A stretch of 59,663 bases of DNA from Myxococcales bacterium (GTDB lineage Bacteria; Myxococcota_A; Polyangia; Polyangiales; Polyangiaceae). The stretch is taken from the NCBI GenBank assembly GCA_003154095.1, contig PMCK01000061.1, positions 1-59,663 on the forward strand. The letters run 5' to 3'. Below, one piece after another: positions 17,447-26,660 of this stretch. Numbering within the stretch: position 1 is the stretch's first letter; the number at the start of each line of letters is the position of its first letter. Both the position numbers and the translations under genes were made by a program. Below the pieces are notes generated by a model. That model ran no database searches. It was not told where the DNA came from and was given only the letters and a program-made list of their open reading frames with translations.

Positions 17447-18771
17447 CCTGGGCTCCCAAATTCAGACAATTGATATCATACTTCGTCCGACGGGAGCGGG
17501 CTGGAGGGTTTCAGTCGCCAATGACGCAGGGTAACAAGCAGAAATTGGCAGACCAACAGGTTGCGCTTGCATTCTTGATCGGTCTCGATTGGACGATTCC
17601 GCAACAATGGCAAGGCGTTCGTGAGCGCGAAGAAAGGCTAAAGCAGCTCAAACGGGCGTTGAGCGAAGGTACATTGGGAGCACCCATTGGAACCTCGGCC
17701 AGTATTCGCCCACAGTTGTTGTACGCACGCGAACGCTCATCCCGCCTGGCTCAGGCGGTTGCCGAGTTTCGGGTTGTTGCTGAGTACCATGATCTAGAGA
17801 AAGAAGCGTCAGCCCTAACGAGGCAGATTGCGGATCTCGCTGACGAAAGCGCCATCGATCGGCAGTATCTACAGGAGCTCGAGGCAAGTACGTCAGCTGA
17901 AGTGCCTCCAGGTCCGGCCGACTTGGAAAGCGTTTACAAAGAACTCGGGGTAGTCCTACCAGAACACGTAAAGAAGCGATTCGATGATGTAACGTTATTC
18001 CACAATTCCGTTATCAAGAACCGGCGCTCCTATCTTGCTGCTGAGCTAAGATTGACGCGCGCTAGGTTGGCAGAGCGAGGGGCGACTCAGGAGCGGTTGG
18101 ACCGACGTCGTACAGAAGTAATGACCGTGCTGCAGTCTTCAGGAGCTCTCGAGCACTACACGGCGATGCAAGGTGAACTCACTCGCGTCGACGCTGAGGC
18201 AGAAGCTCTTCGGCAGAAGTTCGACACCGCTGAGACGCTGGAGAGCGGCACCGTCAAGCAGAACCTAGACCGGGCCAGGTTGTTGGAGCGGCTGCAACAA
18301 GATCTCGCGGAACAGCGTTCAACTGTCGATGCCGCGACCATCGCGTTCGAGGAGATCTCGCGGTCCTTATACGAGGATGGTCGTTCTGGAAGCCTTATCA
18401 TCGAGGCGACGAAAAATGGACCTTTATTTGATGTCCAAATCCAGGGCAAGAAGAGCAAGGGAGTCAACAACATGCAGACTTTCTGCTTTGACATGACGAT
18501 GATGGTACTGAACCGAACGCGCGGTTGTACGCCAGGTTTTTTGGTGCACGACAGTCACCTGTTCGACGGCGTTGACGAACGACAGGTTGGGATGGCCCTT
18601 TCTATTGGAGCGAAACTTGCCAAACAGCACGGCTTCCAATACCTGGTCACAGTGAATACGGACGTCGTACCAAAAGAACTGCCACCCGGCTTTAAGCTTG
18701 AGCCACACATTCTACCTGTTAGATTGACGGATGAAGGGGAGGACGGCGGACTTTTTGGGATCAGATTCTGA
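17443..18771 (+). CDS. ABC-3C ATPase (DUF2326-like), apparently lacking the N-terminal Walker A segment
   Basis: ATG 17443 overlaps the upstream stop (ATGA). FRQLISYFVRRE, a long coiled-coil, then KSKGVNNMQTFCFDM and GFLVHDSHLFDGVDERQ (signature/Walker B region) and GFQYLVTVNTD. There is no GxxxxGK[ST] anywhere in the 442 aa. Confidence 0.6.
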   Translation: MTWAPKFRQLISYFVRRERAGGFQSPMTQGNKQKLADQQVALAFLIGLDWTIPQQWQGVREREERLKQLKRALSEGTLGAPIGTSASIRPQLLYARERSSRLAQAVAEFRVVAEYHDLEKEASALTRQIADLADESAIDRQYLQELEASTSAEVPPGPADLESVYKELGVVLPEHVKKRFDDVTLFHNSVIKNRRSYLAAELRLTRARLAERGATQERLDRRRTEVMTVLQSSGALEHYTAMQGELTRVDAEAEALRQKFDTAETLESGTVKQNLDRARLLERLQQDLAEQRSTVDAATIAFEEISRSLYEDGRSGSLIIEATKNGPLFDVQIQGKKSKGVNNMQTFCFDMTMMVLNRTRGCTPGFLVHDSHLFDGVDERQVGMALSIGAKLAKQHGFQYLVTVNTDVVPKELPPGFKLEPHILPVRLTDEGEDGGLFGIRF

Positions 18772-18845
18772 GGCGATTGCAATGCTGCTCAAGGGCCCCC
18801 TTTGGGATGCCTACACGCACAAATAGTGACTTCGAGGTAACGAAA

Positions 18846-20132
18846 ATGACGGAGCGGAAAACGGATGAGCCCCGCGCACTCGAGATAATGTCGATTGACA
18901 TGTCCTCGAGGCATATCGACTTCTATAAGGAGAAGGCATCCATCTCCAATGATAAGAACGTAAGCGATCGGACTATCACCGAGAAGTGCAGAGAACTGTC
19001 CAACGCGCCCAAACACATTCGCACTAACTCCATAAGAGACCTCACCAGGAAGATAACCGCCTTGCTGGATGATAAGATTAGCGACAACGACACGGCCGAC
19101 CTCGTCACACGTTTTCCAGAGTGGGGGAAGAAGGACTTTGCAGAGTTCCTTAGGTTCCTTAAGAGGCTCGAAAAGCACGGAGTCGCCGCTGAAGGAGATC
19201 AGGACAAACAACAGATTCAGGATCTGGCGAATCCATTCGTTGGCCTCAAAGTTGAATTCCTGCCTGAGGCGAAGCAAGACAAGAAGCCAAACATGCCCGT
19301 CATCTCGGAGGAAGTGCTACAGGATCTGCTTCGCAAGGCTGAAGTAGAGCAGCAAAGATCAGCACAGGCGAAGCACGCCAACAGACGGACGGGAACAGAA
19401 ACTACTACGATTGCGGACTGCGCAGCATTGGCAACCCTCTGCTTCGTCATCGGCGCTTCATGGCTATGGCTTCCCGTTGCCGACGCGCTGACGAGTCGCC
19501 GCACTCCCGTGTTCTCAGCCTCGGTGGCCTTCTTGGTCATTGCCGCCTTCACACTTCTTTCGCGGCTGAATACGGGACAGGCAAAGGACACTACGCACGT
19601 CTGGGTCATGAAGGGCAGCAAGGCCAAAGTACGAGATGCAACCGTAGCAGATGCCTACGAACAAACGCACGGATACGGAAGCTGGCACCGCAAGGTGATG
19701 GAGACTCGGAGGAAGGTCCGGAACTTCGGGACCGTTGTTGCCATAACCCTGCCGGTCGTGCTCGTCGTCACCGGTGCTGTTGATGGCTTTGAAAAGGTCA
19801 AACCTTTGCCTTTGCTTGAAGTGGTAGTCGCATCGCTAACGTCGTGTCTCCTGTCCCGACTCTCGTTTGCCTACGTTTTCTCTGAATTGGACAAGAACGA
19901 AAGGCTGCGGAGCATTCTCAACAGACTACTTCACCGGTTCTTGGCGCTAGTTGTGCAACCGATTGGAGCGTCACTTTCAGTTGCGTGCAACATTGGCGCG
20001 CTACATGAAAGCTGGTCACCCCGGACCATGCACGTGCTCCTGCAGGTCGCTGGCCCTTGTTTTCTCTTGCCGGCTGAGGTGTTCCTGCTGCTAGTGATCT
20101 TCGCGCTACTTGGGCGCGTTAGTCCCAAATAG
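18846..20132 (+). CDS. Membrane protein of unknown function (soluble charged N-terminal half, about 6 TM C-terminal half)
   Basis: ATG 18846 follows GAGG. The N-terminal half is visibly AT-richer than its surroundings. TM candidates: LATLCFVIGASWLWLPVA, VFSASVAFLVIAAFTLL, FGTVVAITLPVVLVVTGAV, LLEVVVASLTSCLLSRLSFAYVF, LALVVQPIGASLSVACNIGAL, CFLLPAEVFLLLVIFALLG. Confidence 0.6.
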   Translation: MTERKTDEPRALEIMSIDMSSRHIDFYKEKASISNDKNVSDRTITEKCRELSNAPKHIRTNSIRDLTRKITALLDDKISDNDTADLVTRFPEWGKKDFAEFLRFLKRLEKHGVAAEGDQDKQQIQDLANPFVGLKVEFLPEAKQDKKPNMPVISEEVLQDLLRKAEVEQQRSAQAKHANRRTGTETTTIADCAALATLCFVIGASWLWLPVADALTSRRTPVFSASVAFLVIAAFTLLSRLNTGQAKDTTHVWVMKGSKAKVRDATVADAYEQTHGYGSWHRKVMETRRKVRNFGTVVAITLPVVLVVTGAVDGFEKVKPLPLLEVVVASLTSCLLSRLSFAYVFSELDKNERLRSILNRLLHRFLALVVQPIGASLSVACNIGALHESWSPRTMHVLLQVAGPCFLLPAEVFLLLVIFALLGRVSPK

Positions 20133-20278
20133 AGTTACCTGGCCGAAACTGTTACCAGAGTGTCGCGGTATTTTATCGGACAAGCTACCGAGCCGGATCG
20201 AGGGTCGGTCGACTCCGATTGTGTTGAATCGCAGTCTACTTTTCAGCAATTGGAGGGCATATCTGGTAGTGTCACGCT

Positions 20279-21266
20279 GTGGTTGAAGTTCCACGAATTT
20301 CCAACCAAGTCGCCAGCCGCACGCTGGCCGCTGAGGTCAAGCAGAAGGTCCGCGAGCGCGGGCTGGTGTTGTGGTTGGATGCGGAGCGGCAATATTCTGA
20401 GTTGGTTGACGCACTCGGCGCGGGTGCCTTTCTGGGTCAAGCGCTCGGCGGCCCTTCGGAACACCTGGGAAATTATTCGCCAGGCGGCCGCGACGGGTCG
20501 TGCGCTGGTCGCAACCCGCAAAGACCTTGAACGCTGCGGCTCCCTCGATGAAGCGGTGGAGCGCTACGCGGACAAACTGGCGTCGGTGGATCGTTCCCAT
20601 CGCCTATTCGAGCAACGCGCCCATGCGCTGGTTGCTTCGGACCTCGAGGATTACGACGCGCTGCTGGAAGTTCGCACGTCGGTCCGTCGTGCCTATCGCG
20701 AGTGGGCCAATGGCATCAACCGTAACTTCTTTGAACTTTGTGTATCGTGCGGTGCGCTTCCGGATCCGAGTCTTCGACAGCGGACGGTTTACGATCATGT
20801 CGTACACCCACTGGTGGAGCAGGGTGGGCATGTGGCATTCATTCTGGTGGATGCTCTGCGCTTCGAGATGGCGCAAGGTTTCGTCCAGGATCTCAAGCGA
20901 GACAAATACAATGTCAGCCTAAGCGCAAGGCTAGCGGAGCTGCCCACAGATACCGTGATCGGCATGAACGCCCTAGCACCCGTAGAACGCAACGGACGGC
21001 TCCGCCTCGTGATGAAGAAGGGGGATTTTGTCGGCTTTGCCGCGGGTGAATGTTGGGCGGATTTGATTGTGGACGAGGGGTACCGCAGAGTGCTCCAAAT
21101 CGTCGAGGAGCGGCGCAGCATTAACGAGGCCGAACTGCAGCAGGTCCTCGGCTCGCCGCAACGAGTTCGCGCGTTTTCCCGCCGCTTTGACGCCCTGGTA
21201 AAGCTTATATCGTTTGAAGTCGAAGTGTGCACCGTCAATGGCATGAAGGCTTACGTGTCGCGATGA
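20279..21266 (+). pseudogene. pglZ: PglZ (BREX alkaline-phosphatase-fold protein), frameshifted and internally deleted
   Basis: Frame of 20279 reads GLVLWLDAERQYSELVDAL (PglZ N-terminus). Frame of 20160 reads HVAFILVDALRFEMAQGF...LAELPTDTVIGMNALAP (PglZ metal-site motifs). The total is far shorter than the 800-900 aa I recall for PglZ, and the tail (SINEAELQQVLGSPQRVRAFSRRFDALV) looks unrelated. Confidence 0.65.
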
Positions 21267-21355
21267 TACGCCGGGAACGACTCCGTATGTGCATAGATTC
21301 GATCTTGTGATTCGCCGGTGTACGTTGCGCGAACTCACGGGTCACCACAATATCG

Positions 21356-21715
21356 TCACTGAATGATCAACCAATGACTCACCGGTCCTCCAGGTAGCCA
21401 CGTCTTCTGTTCAACTGGCTCCAGATCTGATGGCAGATCGATAGTGACACCCGACGTGGAAAGTCTCTCGGGATCACCCGGCGGAAAGATCGGCACCGTC
21501 ATGCCATGCGAGTACACTTGAACTTTCAGGGGGCATTCATTGGGTGTCCACGCGACAGTAACCGGCGACGATGTAGTCACAGCGGTCGCACGCGTGGCCC
21601 CTTCCTGCGGCGAGGTCATGTCGATTTTTGAACAGTCGGGGGAGTGATCGGCTCCGCAGCCGCTGAAGAGGATCGGTCCGATCAATACGGCGAAGGCGGC
21701 AATGAAGTTGGACAC
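21356..21715 (-). CDS. Small lipoprotein, unknown function
   Basis: GTG start 7 nt after AAGGAG. MSNFIAAFAVLIGPILFSGC is a signal peptide plus lipobox. Confidence 0.6.
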   Translation of the reverse strand: MSNFIAAFAVLIGPILFSGCGADHSPDCSKIDMTSPQEGATRATAVTTSSPVTVAWTPNECPLKVQVYSHGMTVPIFPPGDPERLSTSGVTIDLPSDLEPVEQKTWLPGGPVSHWLIIQ

Positions 21716-22140
21716 CGGTAAACTCCTTTTCTTGATTGTGTTGTTGTGAACGCACGCTTCGACGAATGGGTATCGCTAGCGTTGGGTTCTTGCTCAGGCA
21801 TTCGTTAGTTTGCGGCTGGAGTTTGTAGGGTTGGGTTTTCGATGATGGCTTGCCAGGCAACGGACGTGTCGAGGGGGCGATTTCTGACTTGAACGTGCCG
21901 ACACAAACAAAATGAGCGTTTAGCGCCTTCCCAACGGCACACAATAGTGCTCATCATATCAATTCAGCAGGTCGATGAAAGAGAGTTTTGACTGCACGGT
22001 CCGGCGGGTGTCGGACATTGGTTCACCGGTCCGAAAAGCCACCTTTCGCAGGAATGCAACGAGATTCCCGAGCGAGTGCGGTGGCGCCGCTTCATCGCGA
22101 TCTCTTCAGTCAAATTGGTCACTTTGAGAAAAACTGCAAC

Positions 22141-22379
22141 ATGGGCAAGATAATCGGTATCGATCTCGGAACGACGAATCGAACAGGCAAAAATTGAGCT
22201 CTCGAGCATGCATGAGTCATCCATCAACGAGTTCGCGGGAACTGACGTGCCCATCATCGAGGCGCTCATTCGGGAGGGCCGGGAAGCGGTCGAAAAAACA
22301 TGACGATTCAAATGTCCAGGTCGCGCTGGAACGTCTCGAGAGGGCCGCCTACCAGATGCCAAACAAACTCAACGGATAG
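22141..22379 (+). pseudogene. Ghost of an Hsp70/DnaK gene (start, one internal motif and C-terminal tail joined by deletions)
   Basis: MGKIIGIDLGTTN (Hsp70 phosphate-1 motif), then in a shifted frame IEQAKIELSS (DnaK AKIELSS motif), then ...ALIREGREAVEK / HDDSNVQVALERLERAAYQM (lid-like tail). About 240 nt remain in place of about 1.9 kb. Confidence 0.6.
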
Positions 22380-22576
22380 TTTGTGACTGAAGAGTCAGTG
22401 GCAAGCCAGTAGCCTGTTTCAATATCGGGCTGGACTTCACGTCGGTTCGGCTTATCGCCTCGTTCGGTTCAAATATTTGGGTCTTGACGGCACGTTCATG
22501 TCAGAAAACGACAGGCCAGTAGCGTCCTGAAATCGGTCGGATCAGTCAGGACCCGCACAGTGGCAACAGCGTCACT

Positions 22577-23146
22577 TTGACAACGGCACCCATGGTCAAA
22601 TTCGAACCCCTAAAGTTACCCGAGAATTGCAGTGGCAAGGAATTCATCGATTGCCACGGCAATACACCCGACGACACACCATCGCTGTACGCGCAAGCGC
22701 CAATTGTTCGGGGCGGGCTGCTTCACTCTGAGCTCAGAACGCCGCAAATTCCGTCAATAACAAACGTTGAACTGATGAGACTCCTCGACCTGACGACGAG
22801 CAAGCGTCAGACACGCAAGCGAATTGACTTTTGCGTCTTTGCTTCCCCGAAGGTCCACGATATAAAAGCCGAACAGGCAATATTGGTCAAGCGCGTTTTC
22901 GCTCATGAGCTCCGCGCCTGCCAATCCTGGCTGCACTGGGGCGGTGGAGACGAACGGAAGACGAAAGTGCAGATTTTGCGGTCTTGCCGCGCTGAAGTCC
23001 GGCAAAGCCGTAGCCATTTTGGCGCGCCACCTGGGCGGTGTACTGAACGACGTCGCAGCTGCTCGTGGACAAGCTCGCTAGAAGCGAAGGCAAGACCGGA
23101 CCCGGTTGCTCGGTTTTCGTCGCCTCCTGGAGCGTCACCAAATTGA
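22577..23146 (+). CDS. Hypothetical ORF, possibly decayed
   Basis: The first ~110 codons look protein-like (MVKFEPLKLPENCSGKEFIDCHGN...). The 3' half is R/S/C-rich, typical of an out-of-frame read in GC-rich DNA. No motif recognised. Confidence 0.25.
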   Translation: MTTAPMVKFEPLKLPENCSGKEFIDCHGNTPDDTPSLYAQAPIVRGGLLHSELRTPQIPSITNVELMRLLDLTTSKRQTRKRIDFCVFASPKVHDIKAEQAILVKRVFAHELRACQSWLHWGGGDERKTKVQILRSCRAEVRQSRSHFGAPPGRCTERRRSCSWTSSLEAKARPDPVARFSSPPGASPN

Positions 23147-23306
23147 AAGGTATATCTGAACTGCAACTACGGATACCCTTGCCTAAATAGAATGAGTAGG
23201 GCTAGTTTCGGTGCCCTCGGACCAACCATTGGGTCCTAGGAGATGGTGATGCAGCGGGTATCCACCATCACCCGGCCTCCGCCACGTCGGTAAGGAGAGT
23301 AACTTT

Positions 23307-26300
23307 GTGAGTGAGCCTAGGGATATCTTCATTAGTCATGCCGGCGAGGACGAGATTGTCGTGCGGACGCTAGCTGATGGTCTTGAACGCGAGGGATATA
23401 ATACCTGGTACTACGAACGAGATAGCGTGTTCGGTGAGGCGCATCTTATACAAACAATGCACGCCATCGAGCAGGCCAAGCTGATTTTGGTTGTGGCCTC
23501 GCCGAATTCCCTCCGCTCACATGAAGTGACTAGCGAACTTAAGGTGGCCAGCCGAAAAGGCAAACTCGTGGCCCCGCTGCTCCTCGGAGTCACTTGGGAT
23601 CAGGCGACGGCTAAAGAACTCTGGAGCGTCGTTTTCGGGGTTGCAAGCGCGCTCACCATTAATCCCGACCATGTTCTCGACATTCTGCCTCGAATGCTCA
23701 CCGGCCTCACGGCAATGGGTGTGGTTCCGAGTGGAGGGGCGGCCAGTGCCAAGTCGATATCGGTAGAATACCCGTTTCCTATCGCGGCGACTTATATACA
23801 GAAGCTCGGGCGTCCTTGGGGACCGGAGCAGTCCGTCCAGGCACACGAGGCAATAAGAGATATGGTCGAGGCAGCGGTCGCCTATCTCGCCGTCATCGCC
23901 ACCTGCCGGTATCGTAGGGAAATCCATTCCCCAGGACGTGAAGACCTCGCTGTTGAATCTGTCTTAGGCAATCTTTGCGAGCCCGGGCTCACTGACTGGG
24001 TAGTCTTACTTTTCAGCTCGCTCAAGGCACACGTGCTGGCCAGCGATCCGCTCGCAACTCGGATCTCCAAATTTCTTGATACACGACATGATTCCTCCGA
24101 CGCCGTCTCAGTAGCCGCTGTCAATCTCAAGAAGTGGATTGACCGAAACGCACCGCCTCCGAATTCGGTAGCCAACCGTGACTTCATCGATCTCTTGTCG
24201 AATTATGCTCGCGTACAGGAGGGATGGGGTGGGAGCGGAACACGATTGACTGGGCACGACGAGTGTCAGAACAGGGTCGATATTCTGCGTCCTGCAGTCG
24301 AGAGAATGCTACTCGATCTATCGTTCTTGACCGGCTACCCGCTCGTCTACGTTCAGGATGTGCAGCACATCTCGGACAGAATTTGGTCTCATCGGATCTA
24401 CGACGGCATGGGCCGGGATCTAGTTGTGAAGAACGAGCAGCTGCAGAGTCATAAGCCGCTTGAGCGATCGCACGTCTACCTGTGCCAACGCGGAGAAAAA
24501 TCACTACAGCCGTTGGTCGATCTCGAGCCCCTGCTGGTCCTCCAGGACTGTCCGACGTGCGGAGTTCCGAGCATGCTTCTTTCTGCAATGCGCAAGATTG
24601 GGCGCGCAGAGGGAGTCAGCCTCAATTGCCGACACAAGACTGAATGGGACGACAATCGTACACACGAACTGGCAACCTTCCTGTCGTTATCCGATTGGTG
24701 CTCCAGTTTTCTGCCCACTGAACACTTGCCGTACAAGGCGGCAATCGAAGAGGTAGTCTTCGACAACGGCCAGATCTCCACCGAAGAAAGGCAAAAGCTC
24801 GAGTTCCTCGCGAAGGCGCTGCGTGTTCCGTTGGAAGTGACCAAGCGATTGGAGGACCAGGCCCTCGCCGACTATCACCGCCAGCAGACTGAGTACAAGG
24901 CGGCAGTTGAAATGGTGATCTTCTTCGACGGCCAAATCTCTGCCGCGGAAAAGCAAAAGCTCGAGTCTCTCGCGAAGAGGTTGCGTGTTCCGCCGGAAGT
25001 GGCCAAGAGATTGGAGGAGCAGACCTTCGCCGCCTATCACCGCCAGCAGACCGAGTACAAGGCGGCAATCGAAACGGTGATCTTCGACAACGGCCAGGTG
25101 TCTACCGAGAAAAGGCAAGAGCTCGAGTCTCTCGCGAAGAGGTTGCGTGTTCCGCCGGAAGTGGCCAAGAGATTGGAGGATCAGGCCTTCGCCGATTATC
25201 AAGAGAAGCAGGCCGAAATTCAGCAGAGGGATGCCGAAGCTAGAGGAATAGAGAAGCCCGGTGCCCAATCCAGTGTCCAGGTGATACCGCCGGGCGTCGA
25301 TATCCCCCCCAAGACAACGCCTCACGAGGCTCCGACGCCACCGACCAAGCAATTTTTGCCCGTGTGGCAGGAAGGTCTCGAGTCCAAGCCTACGCATGTC
25401 GCCTTGTTTGCGGCGCCGCCAATAGCGCTCGCGGTAGATGAAGCAGGCGAAGTAACGGTGCATGGCCGCGACGGCAAGCTCGTCTTTCGCGACCGAGTGC
25501 ATGACCGCGCTTTCGGCGTGGCTGCCGCTGGCGCGCGCGTATTTGTGACGACCTGGTCTGGCGATATCTATTGCTTTGGTCCGCGCGAAGTCTTGTGGCA
25601 TCGCCACGTCGGAAGTCCGGTTTCTGCTATTCACGTCGCAACAGGGTCCCTCGGATTGCTGGCAGGCACCTGGGATGGGCGCGTCCTGTCACTCCGGTCA
25701 GAAGACGGATCGCAACAGTGGACAACCTCTTTTGAGGACGGTATCTCGGCACTAGCAGCAGCGACGGACGGCTCAGCTTGTTTCGTAGGTAGCTACGCGG
25801 GACACGTCGCTCGGCTTGGTCCGAATGGTCAGAAGGAATGGGTGCGCGACATGCGCGCCGGAGTAATGCAAGTCGCTATGACTGACGACGAAGGGGATAT
25901 GGTCGTAGCCACCCGCCACGGCGTACTCACGCAACTACAAGCCAAGACACAGGCGACGGTGTTAGAGCATTTCTTTGAGAGCGCCCTAGTCGACGTTGGA
26001 TTCTCCGGGAACCGGCGCAGAGTGTCGGTAGCGCTTCAATCGGGAAAGGTTCAGGTCTGCGATATCGACGGCGCCGTTCATGTCCGTACGCAGGAAAAGT
26101 TCGAGAATGTAAGTCAGACTGCTTTTTCGCCTTTGTCCTCGAGCGGGAGGTTTCCGTTCGTAGTCTCGCGCAGCAAAGGTCTAGCTTTCTTCGACGATCA
26201 GGCATCTGGCTGGAACATCGTGGTGGAACCCCCAGTCGCGTGTGCGTCCATTTCTACCGAAGGCAGGGCCGTGCTCGTCGCTCGCACCGATCACATCGAG

Positions 26301-26660
26301 TTACTCCGCCTTGCGGCCCCTGCGTTGACAACGAAGATTGTTCCCCACGACGCGCTTCGTAAGGGCCACTTCACCAGGCTCAATATCAAAGTCGACAACC
26401 AGGGAGAGCGGCCAGCCCGCGACATCAAGGTCGAGCTCTCGGGTCCAATGGAAGGGCGGACATTTACCGTGGACCAAGAGCTTCGCACCGGCGCAGGAGC
26501 TGTCTATGATAACCAGTCAGTGCAGCCGAAAGAAGATGGCGCGGTTCCGCTAAGGGTGCGTTTGACTTGCGTCGACGATCGAGGCATCGAACACGTTTTT
26601 GAGTCGGAACATGTTCTCGACGTGGGTGCGGCGTCGGCGGTGAAGCAGGAGGTGTCGTGA
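23307..26660 (+). CDS. TIR - helical region - 3x54-aa TerB/DjlA-N-like repeats - Pro linker - PQQ/WD-like beta-propeller - CARDB-like Ig domain
   Basis: AAGGAG 9 nt upstream of GTG. RDIFISHAGEDEIVVRTLADGLEREGYNTWYYERD...LILVVASPNSLRSHEVTSELKVA (TIR). Repeats YKAAIE.V.FDNGQIS.EE.QKLE.LAK.LRVP.EV.KRLE. Propeller blades such as LAGTWDGRVLSLRSEDGSQQW and FVGSYAGHVARLGPNGQKEW. C-terminus LNIKVDNQGERPARDIKVELSGP. Confidence 0.85.
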   Translation: MSEPRDIFISHAGEDEIVVRTLADGLEREGYNTWYYERDSVFGEAHLIQTMHAIEQAKLILVVASPNSLRSHEVTSELKVASRKGKLVAPLLLGVTWDQATAKELWSVVFGVASALTINPDHVLDILPRMLTGLTAMGVVPSGGAASAKSISVEYPFPIAATYIQKLGRPWGPEQSVQAHEAIRDMVEAAVAYLAVIATCRYRREIHSPGREDLAVESVLGNLCEPGLTDWVVLLFSSLKAHVLASDPLATRISKFLDTRHDSSDAVSVAAVNLKKWIDRNAPPPNSVANRDFIDLLSNYARVQEGWGGSGTRLTGHDECQNRVDILRPAVERMLLDLSFLTGYPLVYVQDVQHISDRIWSHRIYDGMGRDLVVKNEQLQSHKPLERSHVYLCQRGEKSLQPLVDLEPLLVLQDCPTCGVPSMLLSAMRKIGRAEGVSLNCRHKTEWDDNRTHELATFLSLSDWCSSFLPTEHLPYKAAIEEVVFDNGQISTEERQKLEFLAKALRVPLEVTKRLEDQALADYHRQQTEYKAAVEMVIFFDGQISAAEKQKLESLAKRLRVPPEVAKRLEEQTFAAYHRQQTEYKAAIETVIFDNGQVSTEKRQELESLAKRLRVPPEVAKRLEDQAFADYQEKQAEIQQRDAEARGIEKPGAQSSVQVIPPGVDIPPKTTPHEAPTPPTKQFLPVWQEGLESKPTHVALFAAPPIALAVDEAGEVTVHGRDGKLVFRDRVHDRAFGVAAAGARVFVTTWSGDIYCFGPREVLWHRHVGSPVSAIHVATGSLGLLAGTWDGRVLSLRSEDGSQQWTTSFEDGISALAAATDGSACFVGSYAGHVARLGPNGQKEWVRDMRAGVMQVAMTDDEGDMVVATRHGVLTQLQAKTQATVLEHFFESALVDVGFSGNRRRVSVALQSGKVQVCDIDGAVHVRTQEKFENVSQTAFSPLSSSGRFPFVVSRSKGLAFFDDQASGWNIVVEPPVACASISTEGRAVLVARTDHIELLRLAAPALTTKIVPHDALRKGHFTRLNIKVDNQGERPARDIKVELSGPMEGRTFTVDQELRTGAGAVYDNQSVQPKEDGAVPLRVRLTCVDDRGIEHVFESEHVLDVGAASAVKQEVS
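24732..25217 (+). repeat. Three tandem 162-nt coding repeats
   Basis: Units start at 24732, 24894 and 25056. Units 2 and 3 share an identical 59-nt block (ctcgagtctctcgcgaagaggttgcgtgttccgccggaagtggccaagagattggagga). Confidence 0.9.

Noticed and set aside
20160-20278. Treating ORF 20160-21266 as one intact 368-aa gene
   Set aside because: Its first ~90 codons are an out-of-frame read (RWPLRSSRRSASAGWCCGW). The PglZ N-terminal motif lies in a different frame (20279-20530), which indicates a frameshifted pseudogene.
23242-23269. Inverted repeat gatggtg-N14-caccatc upstream of the operon start as an operator or riboswitch stem
   Set aside because: The stem is only 7 bp with a 14-nt loop, there is no flanking conservation that I can assess, and it could arise by chance. 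Noted only as a place to look for the operon promoter or operator.
24687-25634. 315-aa minus-strand ORF
   Set aside because: Antisense to the repeat region of the TIR-propeller gene. Its apparent internal repeats only mirror the 162-nt coding repeats of the plus strand.
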